From Vulcanimicrobiota bacterium (GTDB taxonomy: Bacteria; Vulcanimicrobiota; Vulcanimicrobiia; Eremiobacterales; Eremiobacteraceae): a DNA stretch of 64,000 nt. The stretch is taken from assembly GCA_963764965.1 (NCBI GenBank), contig CAVXUM010000006.1, positions 27,131 to 91,130 on the forward strand, in the 5' to 3' direction. Positions 1 to 11,186 of this stretch are shown one piece after another. A model generated the notes under the pieces. That model saw nothing but the letters and a program-made list of their open reading frames with translations. It was not told where the DNA came from and ran no database searches. Numbering within the stretch: position 1 is the first letter of the stretch; every line of letters begins with the position of its first letter. The translations under genes were made by a program, and so were the position numbers.

Positions 1-182
1 ATTGGCGCAAGCACGTGGTGTTGGATCCGAAGTTCATCCGCCCGGCTGAGGTCGATCTCTTGGTCGGCGATGCCAGTAAAGCCAAGAGAATACTGGGCTG
101 GGCGCCGACGGTGACGTTTGCGCAGATGATCGAGGGCATGGTGGACGCCGACATCGAGCGGCACAAGCGCAGCGCAGACTGA
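1..182 (+). CDS. gmd: GDP-mannose 4,6-dehydratase, C-terminal fragment (gene starts upstream of window)
   Basis: Frame-3 translation ...[59 protein letters not shown] matches the conserved Gmd C-terminus. Stop TGA 180-182 overlaps the next ATG (ATGA). Confidence 0.7.
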   Translation, partial: WRKHVVLDPKFIRPAEVDLLVGDASKAKRILGWAPTVTFAQMIEGMVDADIERHKRSAD

Positions 183-1141
183 TGCGGGTCACGGTGACCG
201 GAGCCGACGGCTTCGTCGGACAGTGGTTGCTTCGTCGATTGCTGGCCGACGGCGATGAGGTCACCGGGTTGGTCCGCGCGAGCACGCCGCAACTGACGAC
301 GCTAGAACCGGCACTGGCACAAAAGATCCGCTGGCGGCGTTGCGAGCTCGCCGACGTCGACGGCTTGCGCAACCAGTTGCGCGATGCGAAACCAGCGTCG
401 ATCTTCCACCTCGCCGCGCAGTCATCCGTGCCCGCAAGCTTGCAGGACCCGATTGGCACCTTCGAGACCAACATCATCGGCACCGCAAACGTGCTCGAGG
501 CCGCACGCGTTGCGGCGGCGGATGCGACGATCGTCGTCGTCGGATCAGCCGATGCGTACGGGTCGGTGAGGCCGGAGCTACTGCCCTTGCGAGAAGACGC
601 ACCGCTGCAGCCGCGCAACCCGTATGCGGCGTCCAAGGCCGCCGCCGAGATCATCGCGCTCCAGCACGCGCGGGCCGGTTGGAACCGCGTGGTCGTGACC
701 CGTTCGTTCAACCACACCGGTCCCGGGCAGAACACCGCCTTCGCCGTCGGCGCGTTCGCCAAACAAGTCGCCGACATCAAAGCCGGCCGCGCGGCGCCGC
801 GGCTTCGGGTCGGCGATCTCACGCCGCGCCGCGACATCAGCGATGTGCGCGACGTGGTCGACGCATACGCGTTACTGGCACAGCGCGGAAAGACGGGTCT
901 CGTCTATAACGTCTGTAGCGGTCGTGACGTGAGCATGCGCGACATCGTCGAAGCATTGCTGCGGCTTGGCGGCGTGCACGCGGAAATAGAAGAGGATCCT
1001 GCGCTGCTGCGCGCGGTCGACAACCCCGTGCTGCGCGGTGATCCTTCGCGCATCGCAGCCGATACCGGCTGGAAGACGCTGATCCCGCTAGAGACGACCC
1101 TTGCCGACGTGCTGGCGTACCACGCGCATGTCGCAGCCTGA
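182..1141 (+). CDS. rmd: NAD-dependent epimerase/dehydratase, probable GDP-4-keto-6-deoxy-D-mannose reductase (Rmd-like)
   Basis: 319-aa ORF with N-terminal Rossmann motif VTGADGFVGQWL and a short-chain dehydrogenase/epimerase fold. Start is translationally coupled to the gmd stop, the usual gmd-rmd arrangement. Confidence 0.75.
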   Translation: MRVTVTGADGFVGQWLLRRLLADGDEVTGLVRASTPQLTTLEPALAQKIRWRRCELADVDGLRNQLRDAKPASIFHLAAQSSVPASLQDPIGTFETNIIGTANVLEAARVAAADATIVVVGSADAYGSVRPELLPLREDAPLQPRNPYAASKAAAEIIALQHARAGWNRVVVTRSFNHTGPGQNTAFAVGAFAKQVADIKAGRAAPRLRVGDLTPRRDISDVRDVVDAYALLAQRGKTGLVYNVCSGRDVSMRDIVEALLRLGGVHAEIEEDPALLRAVDNPVLRGDPSRIAADTGWKTLIPLETTLADVLAYHAHVAA

Positions 1142-1736
1142 CCCCAACGCCGGTTGGCGGACCGCCGTTTTCAAGAATCGCGGTCTGCTGCTCGTGCCGG
1201 TGGCGCTCATGCTCGTCATCTTCGGTCATCCGACCATGCGCAGCGCCGTCATCGGCATAGCCGTCGCGTTGGCCGGCGAAGCGCTGCGCATGTGGGCGGT
1301 CGGCTACTCCGGGGTGACCACTCGCGCCGACGTCGTCACCGCGCCCGTGCTCGTCACCGCCGGACCGTACGGTTATATCCGCAATCCGCTCTACGCGGGA
1401 AATGCTATCATCGCCCTGGGGTTTTGGATCGCGTTCTGTGGCGGCGTGTCGCTGCCCGTGGCTGCGGCGATGCTCGCCGTCGCGGCCTTGCTCGTCATCG
1501 GCGTGTACGCGTCCATCATCCCGTTGGAGGAGGCGTATTTGGCGAGCGCATTCGGCGACCCGTATCGCGAGTACCTGACTCGGGTGCCGCGTCTGTGGCC
1601 GTCCGGTTCGCCGCTGCCGCCGGCGCAACGTCAGGGTGTCTGGCGCAGCGAGGTCATCGTGCGAGCGGAGGTCATCACGCTTGTCTTCTTCCTCATCATG
1701 GCTGCGGCGGTGTGGCTCAAACTGCGCGTTGGGTGA
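1128..1736 (+). CDS. Membrane methyltransferase of the isoprenylcysteine carboxyl methyltransferase / phospholipid methyltransferase family
   Basis: Multi-TM ORF with motif GPYGYIRNPLYAGNAIIALGFW, typical of the ICMT/PEMT family. ATG at 1128 overlaps the rmd stop; the ORF track starts it at an upstream TTG (1101). Confidence 0.6.
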   Translation: MSQPDPNAGWRTAVFKNRGLLLVPVALMLVIFGHPTMRSAVIGIAVALAGEALRMWAVGYSGVTTRADVVTAPVLVTAGPYGYIRNPLYAGNAIIALGFWIAFCGGVSLPVAAAMLAVAALLVIGVYASIIPLEEAYLASAFGDPYREYLTRVPRLWPSGSPLPPAQRQGVWRSEVIVRAEVITLVFFLIMAAAVWLKLRVG

Positions 1737-2037
1737 GCGCGGCGGAAAACGCCAGGTATGCCGCCTGCAGGGACAATAAGAGAGACCTAAGCTTCATTCC
1801 TGAGCAAACGCCCAAAAATCCCACCCGCGGGGACGAGACCATAAGGGTCGCCGAACACCCGTTGTCTTGATGGGTAAAGCGACCGGGTGCTATTCTTCTA
1901 AGGCGCTTAAGCGTCGAAGCACAGGCGGTCCGGTTCTGCGGAGATCCGGCGTGTGCCGCCGCCGGGATGACCGGCTCGCAGTCGACAAGCCGCGAGCGAG
2001 GCGTCAATCAGGGAATATCGACGCGAGAACAGCGCAA

Positions 2038-2067
2038 CGGGCCGCCAAACCAGGCGGCCTTTTTTTT
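2038..2067 (+). terminator. Rho-independent terminator (GGCCGCC-aaacca-GGCGGCC followed by T8)
   Basis: Perfect 7-bp GC stem with a 6-nt loop followed by TTTTTTTT. It sits 300 bp downstream of the methyltransferase stop and 38 bp upstream of hbd. Confidence 0.6.
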
Positions 2068-2104
2068 GGGGGACCGCTCGCGCGCGAGACGGAAGCGAAT
2101 TGAT

Positions 2105-2947
2105 ATGCGCGTCCTCGTCATCGGCGCAGGGCAAATGGGCAGTGGCATAGCTCAGGCCTGCGCGACGGCCGGCCATCACGTGCTCGTCAACGATGTCGAC
2201 CAACGCGCGGTCGATCGCGGTCGAGAATCCATATCGCGCAATCTGGCGCGTGCGGTCGAGAAGGGCCGCCTCGCTGACGCCACCGTGCGCGAGATCGAAT
2301 CCCGCATCGATGAACGCCTCGTACCCATCAACGGTGCAGACGTCGATATCGCCATCGAAGCGGCTAGCGAAAGCGAGCCCCTCAAGCGAGCGTTGTTCGC
2401 CGAGCTCGACGCAGGCTTACCCGTTCGCGCCATTTTGGCGAGCAACACCTCGTCGATCTCCATCACCATGCTGGGCGCCGCCACCAAACGTCCAGCCGAC
2501 GTCATCGGCATGCATTTCATGAACCCCGTGCCGGTTATGAAGCTCGTCGAGGTCATACGGGGCATCGCGACGTCGGACGAGACATTCGCAGCGGTCAAGC
2601 GTTTCGTCGAGGAGCTGAGCAAGACGCCGGTCGAGGTCAACGACTTTCCGGGATTCATCAGCAACCGGATCCTCATGCCGATGCTCAACGAGGCGATGTT
2701 CGCCTACATGGAGGGGGTGGCCAGCGTCGAGGCTATCGACACGGTGATGAAGCTGGGCATGAACCATCCGATGGGGCCGCTCGAGCTTGCGGACTTCATC
2801 GGGCTCGACACGTGCCTCGCCATCATGCGCGTGCTCCACGACGGCTTCGGCGATCCGAAATACAGGCCGTGCCCTTTGCTCGCGAAAATGGTCACAGCCG
2901 GCCAACTCGGCCGCAAGACCGGACGAGGGTTCTACCAGTACTCATGA
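2105..2947 (+). CDS. hbd: 3-hydroxybutyryl-CoA dehydrogenase (3-hydroxyacyl-CoA dehydrogenase family)
   Basis: [20 protein letters not shown]-binding N-terminus and a 3HCDH C-terminal domain ([18 protein letters not shown]). The ORF track begins at an upstream alternative start (1967). Confidence 0.85.
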   Translation: MRVLVIGAGQMGSGIAQACATAGHHVLVNDVDQRAVDRGRESISRNLARAVEKGRLADATVREIESRIDERLVPINGADVDIAIEAASESEPLKRALFAELDAGLPVRAILASNTSSISITMLGAATKRPADVIGMHFMNPVPVMKLVEVIRGIATSDETFAAVKRFVEELSKTPVEVNDFPGFISNRILMPMLNEAMFAYMEGVASVEAIDTVMKLGMNHPMGPLELADFIGLDTCLAIMRVLHDGFGDPKYRPCPLLAKMVTAGQLGRKTGRGFYQYS

Positions 2948-4177
2948 ACTTCGAGATCACCAAAGACCAGAAGGCGGTCCGCGAGATGGTCGCAGCGTTC
3001 GCGCAAAAAGAGATCGCACCGAACGCTTCACAATGGGATCAAGCGCGCACGTTCCCGGTCGACCTCTTCTCCCGGCTCGGTGAGCTTGGCATCATGGGGA
3101 TGTCGGTCTCAGAGCGCTACGGTGGGGCTGCGCTCGACACCGTCAGCACGGTGCTCGCGATCGAGGAGATCTCAGCGAGCGGACGCCGGCGTGGGCGTCA
3201 CGGTCTCCGTCCACGCTGGGCTGACGACGCGTATCATCGAGTCCTTCGCAAGCGAGGTCGCCAAGCAGCAATACCTCCCCCAGATGTGCACGGGGCGTTG
3301 GCTGGGCGCGTTCGCGCTGACCGAACCAGAATCGGGCTCGGATGCCTCCAACTTGCGTACCCGAGCTCGAGCGCGCGGCGATGCGTACGTCCTGGACGGC
3401 ACAAAGCAATGGGTCACCAACGGCGGCTACGCCAAAGTGTTCATCGTCTTCGCACGCACCGGTGGGCCGGGCCCTAAGGGCATCTCGGCGTTCGTCGTCG
3501 ACCGCGACACGCCGGGCGTGAGCATCGGACGGCTGACGGACAAACTTGGCATCCATTCATCCAATACGGTGGATGTGAGCTTCGCCGACGCCGAGATCCC
3601 GTCGACGCACCTGCTCGGCGAAGAAGGCGCGGGCTACAAGATAGCGCTTGCTTCGCTTGGAACCGGCCGGCTCGGCATCGCGGCGCAAGCGGTCGGCATA
3701 CTGGCGGCGTGTCTGGACACCTCGGCGAGATACGCGCGCGACCGGCATCAATTCGGGCGCGCCATCGGCTCGTTTCAGGCCGTCTCGTTCAAGATCGCCG
3801 ACATGGCGGTCGATCTCGATGCGGCTCGCTTGCTGCTGTATCGGGCCGCCTGGATGCGCGATCAGGGCTTGTCCGAGATCGACGCTTCGTCGAAAGCGAA
3901 GCTGTTCGCGTCGACCGCCGCACGCAAGCATGCCGCAGAATGCGTGCAGATACTCGGGGGCTACGGCTACACGACCGAGTTCCCCGCGGAGCGCTACTAC
4001 CGCGACGCGAAGATCACCGAGATCTACGAAGGCACTTCAGAGGTGCAGCGCATCGTGATCGCGCGCGAGATCCTCGGCAGGCTGGAAGAGCGCGACACGT
4101 CCGGCCGGCCGCAGCGCGGCGGGTCGGGGCGCAATGGAGCGAGGATCTCACGCGAGCGCGCGCCGAGGCACGACTAA
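2944..4177 (+). CDS. Acyl-CoA dehydrogenase (butyryl-CoA dehydrogenase-like), interrupted by a 1-nt frameshift near 3190
   Basis: [27 protein letters not shown]-terminus continues in another frame as ...[11 protein letters not shown]...[19 protein letters not shown]. The ATG overlaps the hbd stop (ATGA). Confidence 0.8.
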
Positions 4178-4318
4178 TAGCATAGCCGGACAGGTGCGCG
4201 GCGTCGCACCCACAGGGAGATAGACTGGTCGCCCGACGTATGTAGCTGGTCGATCCAGGCAATGCACAGCGACCTCGGGCGAATCGCGCGCGACCGATCG
4301 ACCCAATGGAGACCGACG

Positions 4319-5470
4319 ATGCGCTTATTGGAGTACCAAGGCAAGGAGCTGTTCGCCAAGGCGGGCATCCCCGTGCCGCGCGGCCGCGTCGCCGCATCGG
4401 TCGATGAGACCGTGCAGATCATGCGCGAGCATCCGGTGCCGTCGGTCGTCAAGGCGCAAGTGCTCATCGGCGGCCGCGGCAAGGCAGGCGGCATCAAGTT
4501 CTGCACCAACGCCGACGACGTGAAAGAGCCGGCAGCCGCGATCCTCGGCATGACGATCAAAGGCGAGGTCGCGCACCGCGTGCTCATCGAAGAGCGCGTG
4601 GACATCGCTCGCGAGTTGTATCTCTCCATCACGGTGGATCGCGCGAGCAAACGGCCGATCGTCATCGCCTCGGCGATGGGCGGCATGGACATCGAGGAGG
4701 TCGCGGCGACCAACCCGGAGGCGATTGCGAAGTACTGCATCGATCCGGCCGATGGCTACTGGCCATTCATCGGGCGGCGCGTGGCAAAAGCGGCGATGAT
4801 GCCACCTGAGGTGACCGCCCAATTCGCGAGCGTGCTCGGCAAGCTCTATGCGCTCTTCTTCGACGTCGGCGCGATGTTGCTCGAGATCAACCCGCTGGCG
4901 ATCACGCGCGACGGCAAACTCGTCGCGTCGGACGCGAAGGTCGACATCGACGACAACGGTCTCATCCGCCACCCAGAACTCGAGGCGTGGCGCACCGATC
5001 TTCCCGACCATCCGCTCGAGCAGCGTGCGCGCAAGACCGGGCTGAACTACACGTACCTTAGCGGCAAGGGCGGCGAGAACGTCGGCGTCATCGGCAACGG
5101 CGCCGGGCTGGTCATGGGCACGATGGACGCGGTCCGAGCACGCCGGCGGCGAGGCGACCGATTTCTGCGACATCGGCGGCGGCGCGAAAGCAGACGTCGT
5201 GCGCAATGCCGTGGAGATCGTCACCGCCGATCCGCGGGTCAAAGCGCTGTTCATCAATATTTTCGGCGGCATCACGCGCGGCGACGAAGTCGCGCGCGGG
5301 TTGCTCGACGCGCTCGACGGCGGCGAACTGGAAGCGCGAGAAACTCGTCATCCGATTGACGGGCACGAACGAGCGCGAAGGCCGTGCGGTGCTCGAGGCC
5401 GGCGGCATCGCCGCGGTCGAGACCATGAACGAGGGCGCCGAAGCGCGCCGTCGCCATCGCCAAGGCGTAA
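4319..5470 (+). CDS. sucC: Succinyl-CoA synthetase beta subunit (ADP-forming), three 1-nt frameshifts near 5148, 5337 and 5448
   Basis: [23 protein letters not shown]-grasp N-terminus. The C-terminal CoA-ligase domain ([36 protein letters not shown]) is recovered by switching frames. The ORF track starts at 4262. Confidence 0.8.
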
Positions 5471-5480
5471 GGGAGCAGAC

Positions 5481-6373
5481 GTGTCGATCTATCTGGACCG
5501 CAACAGCATCGCCATCGTGCAGGGCATCACCGGCCGCGAAGGATTGGCGCATGCCAATCGCATGCGCGAATACGGCACGACGATCGTCGGCGGCGTCACG
5601 CCCGGCAAAGGCGGACAGACCGTCGAAGGCTTCGCGGTCTTCGACACGCGTGAGCGAAGCCAGAGAACAAGACCGGGGCAAACGTCAGCATCATCTTCGT
5701 GCCGCCGCCGTTCGCCGCTGATGCGGTGCTTGAAGCCGCAGACGCAGGCATCGGTTTGATCGTCTGCATCACCGAAGGCATTCCCGTGCACGATATGCTC
5801 AAAGCCGTTTCGGTGCTGCCGCCGGCACGCGCGCTCATCGGGCCCAACTGCCCCGGGCTCGTCTCGCCCGGCGCAGTCGCTGGTCGGCATCATGCCGGGG
5901 CACGTCTTCTCAGCCGGGCAACGTCGGCATGGTGTCGCGCAGCGGCACCGCTCACCTACGAGATCGTCGATCAGCTCACGCGAGCGGGTATCGGACAGAG
6001 CACGTGCGTCGGCATCGGCGGCGATCCGATCATCGGAACGGTGTTCACCGATTGCTTGCGCGCCTTCGAGAAGGACGATCAGACACGACGCGGTCGTGAT
6101 CGTCGGCGAGATCGGCGGCAGCGACGAAGAAGATGCTGCGGCGATGATCGCCCGGCGCGAGATTCACGAAGCCGGCGGTCGCGTTCATCGGCGGCCGTTC
6201 GGCTCCAGAAGGGCAAGCGCATGGGGCACGCGGGCGCGATCGTCAGCGGCAACAGCGGCACCGCCGCTGCAAAGGTTGAGGCGTTCACGAAGGTCGGCGT
6301 GCCAGTGGCCGACAGCCCGGCCCAGATCCCCGATCTGGTCCGTTCGATCCTGGCAGAACCCGCGCGCCGATAA
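5481..6373 (+). CDS. sucD: Succinyl-CoA synthetase alpha subunit, at least four frameshifts
   Basis: GTG start after [55 protein letters not shown] and [17 protein letters not shown] motifs are spread over three frames. Confidence 0.8.
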
Positions 6374-6573
6374 GCATCTGCCTAGACCGCTCGGTCCATA
6401 TGCTGGGCAAACTGTCCCGCAAAAGGGGCTGTCGAGCAGGTGTGCGTGGGGGCCGAGCGAACGTTAAAGTCACGTTAAGCGGTAAGGGCGACAAGCATTG
6501 CGACGAGTGGCTTGTGTCGTTCGTCGTCGTGCGCCACCCCGCTTGACTTGCTCAATCACTAAGGAGGAAACCC

Positions 6574-9500
6574 TTGATGCAAACTAAGGGCCTTCTCCGC
6601 ATCGCGTTCTTGGCACTGATGGTTTTGCTCGTCCAGGGAACATGGGTACTGGCTAGCACGACCGGAAGCATCGAGGGCAAGGTGACGGATCAAAACGGCA
6701 ACGGAATAATCGGTGCGAAGGTCACTGCATCCTCGCCGTGTCAGACGTTGAGCACGACGACGACGCGAATGGTTTCTACACCGTTCTCGACCTCTCCCCA
6801 GACACGTACTCGGTGACGGCGAGCAAAGATGGGTACGACACCTCGACCATCTACGGCGTGACGGTCACGCAGGACCAGTCGACCGCGGCCGACGTGAAGA
6901 TGCGGCAGACGGTCAGAACTATCGGTCACGTCACGACGACGGCAACGCCTCGCGTCGTGAGCAAGACGGTCACCGGCGACCTGTACGCTGTGAATGCGAA
7001 TGCGATCGCAAGCTCTCAGGGTTCAACCGGTGGCGCTGAGACGCTCTACAGCCAGAACGGCGTCGTCGGATCGCTGCCGGGCGTCACTCGTTACTGTGGG
7101 CTCAGGCCCAGGCTATGGCGGTCAGGGTCAGCTCAGCATCCGTGGCGGTGCACCTGACCAAGTCGGATACGAGCTCGACGGCATCCCGTTCAACCGCGGC
7201 TTCGACTTCTTCAACGGCACGACGTTCAACACGAACGGTTTCGCCAGCCTCGAGGTGTACACGGGCGGCGCGCCGGCGGATGCAGGCCGGGCGATGTCCG
7301 GTTACATCAATGAAGTCATCCAGCGCGGCAAGTACCCGGGTGGCGCTGATTTCACCGCCACGGTCGGGACCCGCTGTTCAACCACAGCTGCAGGCGGACG
7401 TCTATGGCGGTACGCCGGACAGCCAGTTCACCTACTACGTCTCGACGCTTGCGCAGAATAACTACGTCAACTTCGGCGATCGCAGCAATCTCGCGAACAC
7501 TTCGTTCACGGTTCCGGCAAACGACCCGGGTTGCGGCGAGTTCAACACGGGCCGCGGCTAACGGCACGACGGCTGCAGGTCTCCAGAACTGCGCAGGCGT
7601 GACGTACGATCAGCCGGTCTCGCAAGGCGCGTACGCGTCAACGCCGTTCGACGCGCAGCGCGATACCGCGACCAACCTCAACTGGGAGTTCGCCCACAAC
7701 GGGCTCAACGACGACCTGCAGGCTCTGTACGTCGTCGGCAGCGACCTGGATACCCCGTACGGCCTGTACGGCTCGCCAGGAGCAGATCCGGCCCAGGCCA
7801 CGACGAACTACAGCTGCGGCACGACGCTCAGCGACTGGTCAGACGCTGTGGCCGACCGGCGTGATCTATCAGGGTCAATCCGGTCAGCCCTACAATCCCG
7901 ACCTCATGATGCCGCTCACGTGGCCGTCATCGGGTGGGAGCTTCAACCAGGCGACAGGGATCAACAATCCGACGGGCGGTCCGATCCCCTCGAACTTCCA
8001 GGACAGCCAAAGCCAGCAGTACTCGATCGAGAAGGTTGGCGTACACGAGATCGATCAACCAGGCATCGTTCCTACGCCTCTCTGCGTACCAGATGTACTC
8101 TTCCTGGACTCTCGACCAACCGATCAACGGCTTCGTCGGGTTCTCGTTCTACCAGCTGCATGACGACGCGACCGGCGTCAACCTCGACTACGAGAACCAG
8201 ATCAACCAGCAGAACCTGGTGAAGATCGGCGGCGACTGGACACGCGACCTGACGCTGCGCTACAATTACGCTCCCCAGGTGAGCGGAGCGCCAACGTGCG
8301 TGCGTTGGAACCACGGGCTGCACGCCGGGAGCAACCGTGACGACGATCCCCGGACCGTTCAGCACCTGGTCATCGACGACGCCGCTCGATTGGGATGGCG
8401 TGATCAGCGACTCGTTCAAACCGAGCGACAAGCTGCTGTTCGACCTCGGTCTGCGTTGGGATCAGTTCGGATTCCAGCTCATGCCGATGAAGCTCAGCGG
8501 TCCAGACGGTTTGGCGTACCTCGGTGAGGAGACGCAAGGCCAGTGCTTCGACGGCTTCAACTACAGCCCGAGCGATCCGAAGGTCATCGCGGGGGACAGA
8601 ACTGCTTCCAGATCCTCAGCGCCTCCGCGAACCCCAAGGATCGACCGGGCGCTGGCAACGCTCATTGGCAGGATCCCCAGAGCTTTCGTCAGCTACACGA
8701 CGATCAGCCCGCGTTTCGGCGCCACGGTCAATCTCGATTCGAGAGACGTTCTGCGCTTCTCGGTCGGACGCTACGTGCAACCGCCGAACTCGGCATTCGA
8801 ACAGTATCGGCGAAATCCGGACTGGGGTCCGGGCACTTCGCTCGGATCTGCTGAACAGCTTCTATGATGGTCTGAACTTCGGCGTGGTTCACAACATCCT
8901 GCCGGAGGACAGCACCAACTACGACGCCTCGATCGAGCACGAGTTCAACGGCGGCTACTCGGTGAAGAGTGACGCCATTCTACAGGAACACGCGTAACCA
9001 GATCCTCAGCATCCCGTTCAATCCGCAGTCGCCGGCCTTCGTGACTGGAGACAACTTCGGTAATGCACACATCAGCGGCGATCGAGTTCCTCACGGTCAA
9101 AAACGTGCCGGGCGCGAGCGGGCTCGGTGGGACGCTGGCTGTGACCTATACGGAACTCGTTGATCAGGTTCAACGTCGGCCAATGGTGGTCGGACGACGT
9201 TCATCGACTGATGAACGGCACCAACCTGGCCGGCACCTGCCATGGGTGGTATCTGCGGCTACAACCAGGCTTACGGAACTAACTACGCACTGCTCGATCC
9301 CAACGGACACTAGCACCATCGTTCGTGATGTCGCCGACATCAACGGGTCCGTCCTATGACGTCGCCTGGGTCATCAACTTCACGCCCGAATTCAAGAGCA
9401 ACGGGTTTGATGTTTTGTGCCCTTCAGCTACTCGTCAGGCAACCCGTACGGCGACGCCCTGCAATTCCCCGATCCACACTGCGCACCAGGCGTTCCAGCA

Positions 9501-9914
9501 AATGCAAACACGGGATGCCTAGCGGTTCCTGCGGGCAAGACCTTCTACGGCGGCAATGGGCCGGATCCGTACACCGGCACGTTCGACTCGCCGGGGTCGC
9601 TCAAGGGCCCGTCGTGGTGGACTGTGAACCTCGCGATCTCACACGACATCGGCCACAGTCTCAAGGCGTCGATCTTGGGAACGAACCTCCTGAGCGGAGT
9701 TTCGAACCAAGGTTACGCGTGGGAGCAGCCGGCGTCACAGAAGAACATCTCGTACGGTGACAACGGGTTCTACAGCGCCGCGCCGCTGGGTGCGTTCAGC
9801 AACCCTGGACCGAACCCGGGGACTGCCTACTACGGCAATAACTACTATCCGTACTCGTCGGCTGGTATCTTACCGTATCAAGACTGGATCTTCCAAGTCT
9901 CGGCGAAGATCTAG
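6574..9914 (+). CDS. Large outer-membrane TonB-dependent-receptor-like protein with N-terminal carboxypeptidase-regulatory-like domain (~1100 aa), heavily frameshifted
   Basis: Strong RBS AAGGAGG before the start. Signal peptide, CarboxypepD_reg-like segment (GKVTDQNGNGIIGAKV...DANGFYTVLDLSPDTYSVTASKDGYD), plug-domain signature (QLSIRGG...YELDGIPFN), and a C-terminal beta-barrel with an aromatic-rich tail. At least six ORF-track fragments in the same orientation. Confidence 0.55.
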
Positions 9915-9937
9915 CGCGTAGCGACACAGACAAGCTG

Positions 9938-9972
9938 GAAGGCTGCTGGGAAACCAGCAGCCTTCTGCTTTT
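9938..9972 (+). terminator. Rho-independent terminator (GAAGGCTGCTGG-gaaa-CCAGCAGCCTTC, then TGCTTTT)
   Basis: 12-bp perfect stem immediately after the receptor stop codon. Confidence 0.6.
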
Positions 9973-10094
9973 AGCGCAGGCCACAGGGCAGGTCGAACAG
10001 GTGGCCCCGCGAACTAGACAGGCCAGTTCGATTTGTGGATGCGGCCGCCTGGTCTGGCTCGCAAAACCCCCGATGTGAGGAGAACCCGACTCTG

Positions 10095-11164
10095 ATGAAT
10101 CCCAGACTGGGAGTTTGCATTGCTGCGGCCTCGGCCGCCGCCATCATCGCCGCATTCACCGGCTGCAACTACGGCTCGACGAGCACCAGCCCCACACCGA
10201 CCCCGATCCCGACCTCAGGGCCGGACACCCTGTACGTCCAGGATGCAAGCTCGAAGACGGTCAGGGTCTATCTCCACGCGGCGGTCCTCAACGGCGTTGC
10301 GTTCGCATCGGCGACACTGCCCACAAGCGACCCGAGCAACCCGGACGTGATCTTCTCACCGACGTTCAACGTGCTATGGTATCCAAGCGCATATCCCAAT
10401 CAGACGATCGGCCCACCGGTCTCGACGCCGATCAAAATATGGAACGCTCCATCCACCAAGAACGGCGCGAACCCCGACGTCCAGGTGCCCTACTCCAATG
10501 GCCAAGGGACGGCCGCCTACGACGCGACCCACGATCTGCTGTACGTCGCCAACGTCAACGGCCCCAGGCTTCAGGTCTATAAGAACGCGCACATCATGAC
10601 CCCGGCATCTGTGCCGGCGGCGAACATCACCATCACCATCACCGATCCCGGTGTTTCGGGGACTCCGCGGGCGCAAGAGCTGCTGTACGATCCGGTCAGC
10701 GACCGGCTGTTCGTGAGCGACGAGGGAACGGTCGTTGCTTCTTCGACGCCTTCGGCGCGGCGGCCCAGGCGGCGGTCACCTCGAGCACCAACCCGACCAT
10801 CCCGGCTAGCCGCGAGATACTGGGCCTCAACTCGCCGGACGGCATGGCGTACAGCGCTGCCAACGACATCTTGTTCGTCGGCGAGCTCAGCCGCAAGCAG
10901 ATCAACGTCATCCATAACGCGAGCACGGCGAACGGGCCCAATGGGCACGGCCAGCTCATCACGAACTTCAGCACAGGACCGACCGGCATGGCGTTTGACG
11001 CAGTGCGCGACCTGCTGTTCGTCTACGACCCGCTCGTGATCTGGGTGATCCCCGCCCCTGAAGTTGCGAGCGGCAACGTGAACCTGGTCGTCAATCGCCG
11101 CCAGTTCTTCGATTCGGCCAGCGAGCTCGTCGGCTTCGGCCTCGCGGTGGACACGACGCACTAA
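10095..11164 (+). CDS. Lipoprotein with beta-propeller (NHL/YVTN-like) repeats, one frameshift near 10738
   Basis: Signal peptide with lipobox AAFTG-C and a Thr/Pro-rich linker. Repeated ...LLYVANVNG, ...LFVSDEG, ...ILFVGE, ...LLFVYDP blades. Confidence 0.5.
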
Positions 11165-11186
11165 AGGGCCGAGCGGTTCAGGCGTT

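Noticed and set aside
34-837. 267-aa minus-strand ORF antisense to the rmd-like gene
   Set aside because: Arg/Ala/Ser/Pro-rich, low-complexity translation typical of GC-shadow ORFs. The plus strand encodes a well-conserved epimerase.
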